A stretch of 64,000 nt of DNA from Candidatus Latescibacterota bacterium (lineage in GTDB: Bacteria > Latescibacterota > UBA2968 > UBA8231), in contig OZ220089.1 in assembly GCA_964291625.2 (NCBI GenBank), positions 32,001 to 96,000 on the forward strand. The letters run 5' to 3'. Every line of letters begins with the position of its first letter. Position 1 is the first letter of the stretch. Below the pieces are notes generated by a model. The model saw nothing but the letters and a program-made list of their open reading frames with translations, was not told the origin of the DNA and did no database searches. The translations under genes and the position numbers were made by a program. This document shows, one piece after another, positions 58,410 to 64,000 of the stretch.

Positions 58410-58534
58410 GGCCGGCGGTCCTGTGAGAGAGGGTGAGTGGCTCGCGGGCCCCGCATGGGCCGCCGAGTGAAGCCCCTCGATGGCCGGGGCGCAATCGGGG
58501 CGATCCCGGCCCCGGGCCTCGGGGGTCTGGCGCG

Positions 58535-59425
58535 CTAGGGGATCCCCAACTCGGCGCGGAAGGCCTCGTCGTCCAGAGACTGCAGGTTCCAGTACGGGCG
58601 CCGCACCGAGGCCAGCAGCTCGCCGCTGGCGCCGGAGGAGTCCTGCCACCGCAGGATCCGGTGCGGGTACTCGGTGTCGACCCATACCGTCTTCTGCCGC
58701 TGACCGTAGCTCCAGGTCCACGGCACGGCCTCCCGGCTCCGACCCTGCACCTCCACCTGCTCCCGCCGGCCCTTGCTCAGGACCGCCTCCACCAGCTCCC
58801 GGGGGCGGTGACGGAGGCGCAGCTCCCACAGGCCCGGCAGCAGCATCACGCCGCGGCTCTCCCCCTCCGCCATCAGCGGCCCCCGCAGCTCGCGGATCCG
58901 GATCAGCAGGTTGTCCTCGCTGACGAGCTCCGGCGGCCGGTCCAGGCGCCAGGACTGGCGGCCGGCGCGCTCGAAGTAGCTGAACAGCTCCCCGAGGACG
59001 GCGCCGCCGCGCACCTGCACCTCCTCGAAGACGTGGCCGCACCACTCCTGGGCGGTGAAGGTGATGCGCAGGGGCTCGAAGGAGCGGCCGCCGGTCCGGG
59101 GCTCCACGGCGCTGAAGACGGAGGTCATCATCGAGTAGTCGTAGATGCCGGTGGTGAATCGCAGCATCCGGTTGAGCTTGAGGACGTAGATGCGGTCCGA
59201 CTTCGGCGTGTCCGGGCTCTCCACCTTGATGCGGGTCCCGGCGTGCACGTCCTCGGTGACGAAGACGAGGACGGCATGGCCCTCGCGGGGCTCGCCGTAG
59301 CGCGGCTGTACCACGCGGTAGCCGGACAGCTCGGCGCGGCCGTCGGCCCAGTGCCCGTAGAAGTCCTGCGTCCGGCCCGGCGCCGCCGCCGTCAGCAGGG
59401 CGAGAGCCAGAATCGTTCCTCTCAC
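58535..59425 (-). CDS. secreted conserved hypothetical protein
   Basis: Signal peptide; WADGRAEL..Y..RYGE.REG..VFVTE; VLKLN..FTTGIYDYS; QEWCGH. Confidence 0.7.
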   Translation of the reverse strand: MRGTILALALLTAAAPGRTQDFYGHWADGRAELSGYRVVQPRYGEPREGHAVLVFVTEDVHAGTRIKVESPDTPKSDRIYVLKLNRMLRFTTGIYDYSMMTSVFSAVEPRTGGRSFEPLRITFTAQEWCGHVFEEVQVRGGAVLGELFSYFERAGRQSWRLDRPPELVSEDNLLIRIRELRGPLMAEGESRGVMLLPGLWELRLRHRPRELVEAVLSKGRREQVEVQGRSREAVPWTWSYGQRQKTVWVDTEYPHRILRWQDSSGASGELLASVRRPYWNLQSLDDEAFRAELGIP

Positions 59426-59695
59426 GACGGTTCCTCCCGTATCGAGGGGCCGGGGGGTGCCGTCATCGCCGCCGCCCGGCCGGCGCAATGTAGGCGCAGT
59501 CCCGGGCGGGGATAAAGTCCCGGCCCGTGCGGCACCCGCGGAGACCGAACCCGCCCCGGATCCCCTCCGACCGGCCCGGGACTCCCCCGACCCCCTTGCG
59601 GCCGGTGCCCTGCCTGAACCCGGGTCGCTGGAGGGGCCGTTCCGGATGCACGGTAAGCGCGGGGATTTGTTTCAGTTACAGGCGAGATTTGGCCG

Positions 59696-59757
59696 TTGCA
59701 TTGTGGCCCGGCGTGGCTATATTTGGGCGGACCGATCATCCGTTAGGCATGCCATAC
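59696..59757 (+). promoter_or_regulatory. sigma70-type promoter and metal-repressor operator of feo operon
   Basis: TTGCAT, 16-bp spacer, TATATT (59696-59723); GTTAGGCATGCCATAC (59742-59757). Confidence 0.65.
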
Positions 59758-59789
59758 ACCGCTTCGACAGCCCAAACGGCGGCGGCGCC

Positions 59790-60077
59790 ATGAGAGCGTT
59801 TCTGGAGTGGTTCCAAGCGAGCGTGGAGGGGGATCTCCCCCAGGAGGGCCGGCTCTCCGAGTGGCGCCGCGACGCCGAGGCCGTCGTCGTCGACCTGCCG
59901 GGGACCGACCGCCTGTCGGCGCGGCTGCGCGAGTTGGGCATCCTGCCCGGCGTGCGCCTCCGGGTCCTGCGCACCGGCAGCCGCCTCGTGGTGCAGATCG
60001 GCGAGGACCGTTTCGCCCTCAGACGCGCCGACGCCGCCGCCATCCTCGTGAGCGCCGCCGGACCCGCGGCGGCGTGA
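59790..60077 (+). CDS. feoA: ferrous iron transport protein A
   Basis: RLRELGILPGVRLRV...FALRRADA; directly upstream of feoB. Confidence 0.9.
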   Translation: MRAFLEWFQASVEGDLPQEGRLSEWRRDAEAVVVDLPGTDRLSARLRELGILPGVRLRVLRTGSRLVVQIGEDRFALRRADAAAILVSAAGPAAA

Positions 60078-62236
60078 CGGTCTCGGTCGGCCTCGTCGGC
60101 AACCCCAACACCGGCAAGTCCACCCTCTTCAACGCCCTCACCGGTCTCTCGCAGCGGGTCGGCAACTACCCGGGCGTGACCGTCGAGCGCAAGGCCGGCT
60201 CCCTGCGCCTGCCCGACGGGACCGAGGCCGAGCTGGTCGACCTTCCCGGCGTGTACAGCCTCTCCGTCGACGCGCCCGACGAGCGGATCGCCGCCGAGGT
60301 CCTCCTCGAGGGCCGCCGCGACGAGATCGACGCGGTGATCGCCATCGTCGACGCCGGCAACCTGCGGCGCAACCTCTACCTGGTCTCCCAGCTCCTCGAA
60401 GGGGAACTCCCCGTCATCGTCGCCCTCAACATGTGCGACGTCGCCGAGGCCCGGGGGGTGCGGATCGACGCCGCCGGCCTCGAGGCGCGTCTGCAGACGC
60501 CGGTCGTGCCCATGGTCGCCAATCGAGGGCGGGGCATCGATGAGCTGCTCCGGCGGTTGCCGGAGACGCTCGAGGAAGAGAGGCCGACCCGGCAGCCCCC
60601 GCCCCTGCCCCCGGAGCTGGCCGGCGCGGTCGACCGCCTGCTGGCCGCCTCCGGGGAGGCGGGCGGGGGCCCGACCCGGCAGCAGGCGCTGCGCGCCCTC
60701 GTCGACGAGGGCGGCCCCTCGGAGCAGGGGCTGATCGAGGCCCGGGGCGACGGCTTCCGGCGCCTGCTCTCCGACCTGCGCAACGGCGCCGGCGTCTCCG
60801 CCCCCCTCTCGGCGATCGAGTCCGAGGCCCGGTATGCCTGGATCGGGCAGGTCCTCGATGGCTGCGTCCGGGAGGGGCCCCCCCTCGGCCGGAGCCACTC
60901 CGACCGCATCGACCGCGTCCTCACGCACCGCGTCTTCGGACTGGCCGCCTTCCTGGGGCTCAGCGCCATCCTCTTCCAGGGCATCTACGCCTGGGCGACG
61001 CCGGCCATGGACCTCGTGGAGACCGCCGTCTCCGCCCTGGGAGCCGCCCTCGGTTCCTCCCTGCCCGAGGGACCGCTGCGGAGCCTGCTCGTCGACGGCG
61101 TCGTCGCCGGCGTTGGCGGCGTGCTCGTCTTCCTGCCCCAGATCGCCCTCCTCTTCCTGCTGATCGCGATCCTGGAGGACTGCGGCTACATGTCCCGCGC
61201 CGCCCTGCTCATGGACCGCCTCCTCGGCCGGCTGGGGCTCTCCGGACGCTCCTTCATCCCCCTGCTCTCCAGCTTCGCCTGCGCCGTGCCGGGGGTGATG
61301 GCGGCGCGCACCATCGCCGACCGGCGCGACCGCTTCGTCACCGTCCTCGTGGCGCCGCTCATGAGCTGCTCCGCGCGGCTGCCGGTGTACGCCCTGTTCA
61401 TCGCCGCCTTCATCCCCGAGCGCGCCCTCCTCGGCGGCTGGGTGGGGCTCCAAGGCCTGACCCTGCTGGCCATGTACTCCCTCGGCGCGCTGGTGGCCGT
61501 GCCCGTCGCCTGGTTGCTGCGCAGGACCCTCCTGCGGGGGGAGTCGAGCCCGTTCCTGCTGGAGCTGCCGGCCTACAACTGGCCGACGCCGCGCACCGTG
61601 CTGCTGCGCGTCTACCAGGCCAGCCGCGCCTTCGTCGTGCGCGCCGGCAGCGTCATCCTCGCCGCCACCATCGTCATGTGGGCCCTGGCCTACTATCCGC
61701 GGTCGTCGGAGATCGCCGACCGCTACGAGGCCGAACGCACCGCCGCCGCGGTCCTCGCCGAGGAGGTCCGCGAGGCCCGTCTCGCCGGCATCGACCGGGC
61801 CGAGGCCGCCGACTACCTGCGGTCCAGCTACCTCGGCCGCGCCGGCCGGAGCCTCGAGCCCGTCTTCGAGCCCCTGGGCTGGGACTGGCGCATCGGCATG
61901 GCGGCCCTCGCCTCCTTCCCGGCCCGGGAGGTGATCATCTCCGCCCTGGGAACCATCTACAGCCTCGGCTCCGACGTGAACGAGACCTCGCCGGAGCTGC
62001 GCGACGGGTTGCGCCAGGCCAGGCGGCCCGACGGCAGCCCCGCCCTGAACGTGCCCGTGGCCCTGTCGGTGATGGTGTTCTTCGCCCTCTGCGCCCAGTG
62101 CATGTCCACCCTCGCCGTCATCCAGCGCGAGACCTCGAGCTGGGCCTGGCCGGTCTTCGCCTTCGTCTACATGACCGCCCTGGCCTACGCCGGCGCCCTG
62201 GCCGCCTACCGCCTCGGCCTGTGGATGGGATGGTGA
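60074..62236 (+). CDS. feoB: ferrous iron transport protein B
   Basis: GNPNTGKS, VGNYPGVTVE, DLPG, NMCD, CSARLPVY, ELPAY. Confidence 0.97.
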   Translation: MTVSVGLVGNPNTGKSTLFNALTGLSQRVGNYPGVTVERKAGSLRLPDGTEAELVDLPGVYSLSVDAPDERIAAEVLLEGRRDEIDAVIAIVDAGNLRRNLYLVSQLLEGELPVIVALNMCDVAEARGVRIDAAGLEARLQTPVVPMVANRGRGIDELLRRLPETLEEERPTRQPPPLPPELAGAVDRLLAASGEAGGGPTRQQALRALVDEGGPSEQGLIEARGDGFRRLLSDLRNGAGVSAPLSAIESEARYAWIGQVLDGCVREGPPLGRSHSDRIDRVLTHRVFGLAAFLGLSAILFQGIYAWATPAMDLVETAVSALGAALGSSLPEGPLRSLLVDGVVAGVGGVLVFLPQIALLFLLIAILEDCGYMSRAALLMDRLLGRLGLSGRSFIPLLSSFACAVPGVMAARTIADRRDRFVTVLVAPLMSCSARLPVYALFIAAFIPERALLGGWVGLQGLTLLAMYSLGALVAVPVAWLLRRTLLRGESSPFLLELPAYNWPTPRTVLLRVYQASRAFVVRAGSVILAATIVMWALAYYPRSSEIADRYEAERTAAAVLAEEVREARLAGIDRAEAADYLRSSYLGRAGRSLEPVFEPLGWDWRIGMAALASFPAREVIISALGTIYSLGSDVNETSPELRDGLRQARRPDGSPALNVPVALSVMVFFALCAQCMSTLAVIQRETSSWAWPVFAFVYMTALAYAGALAAYRLGLWMGW

Positions 62237-62451
62237 CCGCCGTGGACTGGCAGGCCCCGGTCACCGTCGTCCTCGCCGCGGCTTGTGCGGTCTACCTCCT
62301 GTACGGCTGGCTGCGCCCCCTGTTCTCCCGGGTGGCCGGCGCCTGCGGCGCCTGTCCGGCCTGCGGTTCCGGCGAAGAGGATGGAGAGCCGGGGCTCGTG
62401 CAGATCGACGCCGCCGAGGGGCCCGCCGGGGACCGGGCCTCCGCCCGCTAA
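62230..62451 (+). CDS. FeoB-associated Cys-rich membrane protein
   Basis: One TM then CGACPAC; overlaps feoB stop. Confidence 0.7.
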   Translation: MVTAVDWQAPVTVVLAAACAVYLLYGWLRPLFSRVAGACGACPACGSGEEDGEPGLVQIDAAEGPAGDRASAR

Positions 62452-63548
62452 CGGCGGCGCGTCCAGGCGCCGCCGGGCAGGGACTCCACCCGCCCCGCCA
62501 GCTCCAGCTCCAGCAGCCGCGCCGCCACCTGCGCCGGCGGAAGACCGCTGTCACGGGTCAGATCGTCGACGCGGCGCACCCCCGTCTGCAGCAACCCCAG
62601 CAGCCCGTCCGGGTCCTGCCCCGGGGCGGCCGGATCGCCGTCGGCCGCGCCCGGGCGGGCGTCGCGGACTCGGTCCGGGAGCCGCGGCCACAGCTCCTCC
62701 AGCACGTCGTCGGGGGAGCGCGCCAGGCAGGCGCCGTCGCGCAGCAGCGCCAGGCCTCCGTGGCAGCGGCGGTTGCTGACCTCCCCCGGCACGGCGAAGA
62801 CCTCGCGGCCCTGCTCGGCGGCGCAGCGGGCGGTGATCAGGGCCCCGGAACGCTCGGGGGCCTCGGCGACCACCACGCCGAGGCTCATGCCGCTGATGAT
62901 CCGGTTGCGCCGCGGAAAGGAGCCGGCCGCCGGTCCGCTGCCCAGGGGCACCTCGGAGAGGATGGCGCCCTCGGCGAGAATGCGGTCGTAGAGGGCGCGG
63001 TTGGAGGCCGGGTAGGGCACGTCGGCGCCGCAGCCGAGGACGGCGATCGTCGCACCGGCGGCCAGGGCGCCGTCGTGGGCGGCGGCGTCGATGCCCCGGG
63101 CCAGGCCGCTGAGGACGGCCAGTCCCCGCCCCGCCAGGTCGCGGGCGAAGGCGCGGGCCACCTCGCCGCCATAGGGGGTGCAGCGGCGGGAGCCGACGAT
63201 CGCCACCCCGGTCTCCCGCAGCAGCTCCACGCGGCCGCGCACGAAGAGGATCGGCGGCGGATCGTGAATCTCGCGCAGCAGCGGCGGATAGCGGGGGTCA
63301 TGGAAACCCACCAGGGCGGTCTGGAGACGGGCGGCACGGGACAGTTGGTCGTGCGCCCAGGCCAGCGGGTCTCCGGCTTCGACCGCGCGGTCCTTCAGGG
63401 TAGCGCGCAGGGCGGACCGCGCCGACCCGAAGCGCCGCAGCAGGCGGAGACAGGTGACGTCGCCGCAGCCGGGCAGGCGCCGCAGGGCGAGGAGAGCCGC
63501 GGTCTCGCCGCCGTCGGGGCCGGGAGGCGCGGCCGTGGAGGAGGTCAT
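62448..63548 (-). CDS. dprA: DNA-processing protein DprA
   Basis: YPPLLREIHDPP, AIVGSR, SGLARGID, FPRRNRIISG, SGALITA. Confidence 0.95.
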   Translation of the reverse strand: MTSSTAAPPGPDGGETAALLALRRLPGCGDVTCLRLLRRFGSARSALRATLKDRAVEAGDPLAWAHDQLSRAARLQTALVGFHDPRYPPLLREIHDPPPILFVRGRVELLRETGVAIVGSRRCTPYGGEVARAFARDLAGRGLAVLSGLARGIDAAAHDGALAAGATIAVLGCGADVPYPASNRALYDRILAEGAILSEVPLGSGPAAGSFPRRNRIISGMSLGVVVAEAPERSGALITARCAAEQGREVFAVPGEVSNRRCHGGLALLRDGACLARSPDDVLEELWPRLPDRVRDARPGAADGDPAAPGQDPDGLLGLLQTGVRRVDDLTRDSGLPPAQVAARLLELELAGRVESLPGGAWTRRR

Positions 63549-64000
63549 CCCTCCGGCGCCCGGATCTGCGGGGACCGGGAGGCGGTGCGCGCGCGGAGGA
63601 CCTCGCCGCCCAGCCAGGTGACCAGCTCCGGCAGGCTCCGGCCGCTGACCGAGGAGATCAGGAAGGAGGGAGCGTCCACCCGGAGGGGAGGCTCGAAGCT
63701 CCGGGCCGCGGGGCCAAGCAGGTCGGCCTTGGTGTAGGCGATGGCGAAGGGCTTGTCCAGCAGCGAGGCTTCGTACTGGTGCAGCTCCCGGCGCAGGGCG
63801 TCGAAGGCGGCCTCGGGATCCTCCCCGGCGACGTCGATGGTGAACAGCAGCACCCGGGTGCGCTCCACGTGCCGCAGGAAGCGGATGCCCAGGCCGCGGC
63901 CGTCGTGGGCGCCTTCGATGAGCCCCGGCAGGTCGGCGAGGACGAAGCTGTCGTAATCCCCGAAGCGGACGATGCCCAGGTTGGGCTGCAGGGTCGTGAA
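63545..64000 (-). CDS. obgE: GTPase ObgE/CgtA (3' part)
   Basis: FTTLQPNLG, ADLPGLIEGAHDGRGLG..FLRHVER, TKADL. Confidence 0.93.
   Translation of the reverse strand, partial: FTTLQPNLGIVRFGDYDSFVLADLPGLIEGAHDGRGLGIRFLRHVERTRVLLFTIDVAGEDPEAAFDALRRELHQYEASLLDKPFAIAYTKADLLGPAARSFEPPLRVDAPSFLISSVSGRSLPELVTWLGGEVLRARTASRSPQIRAPEG

Overview
High-GC (~72% by eye) bacterial window of about 55 genes. FlgD-Ig/'YPNPFN' C-terminal domains, WD40 paralogs, PhyH dioxygenases and a sulfatase suggest (inference only) a Latescibacterota-like FCB-group organism, possibly host-associated. Contents in order: NatAB-type ABC + hydrolases + sulfatase operon; porin-imelysin-diheme (DHOR) iron-uptake operon; an unusual sigma54-dependent Psp-like operon; nagA/M20/trmH; SRAP; a beta-1,3-glucan-type utilisation cluster under a sigma54 promoter with a cytoplasmic beta-propeller/YYY-AAA+ activator; a thiocyanate-hydrolase-like (split nitrile hydratase) operon; a lower-GC rearranged island (integrase relic, leishmanolysin-like protease, WD40-FlgD paralogs); feoAB; dprA; obgE (partial). 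The best candidate for a new system is a Psp-like regulon. Three sigma54 promoters share tandem TGGC-N7-GCCA enhancer sites and drive (i) a stand-alone Fis-type HTH mini-protein, (ii) pspA plus a TM2 protein and a CBM9-like membrane protein that share a C-terminal TDxQxVMIxxxxKLDR coiled-coil tail, plus a degenerate M15-like protein, and (iii) 28 kb away, a His-rich FlgD-domain gene that carries a copy of the same promoter and first five codons. A shared 16-bp DtxR-like palindrome precedes both iron-uptake operons. No rRNA, tRNA or CRISPR array was seen. All family assignments come from motif recognition by eye; no searches were run.
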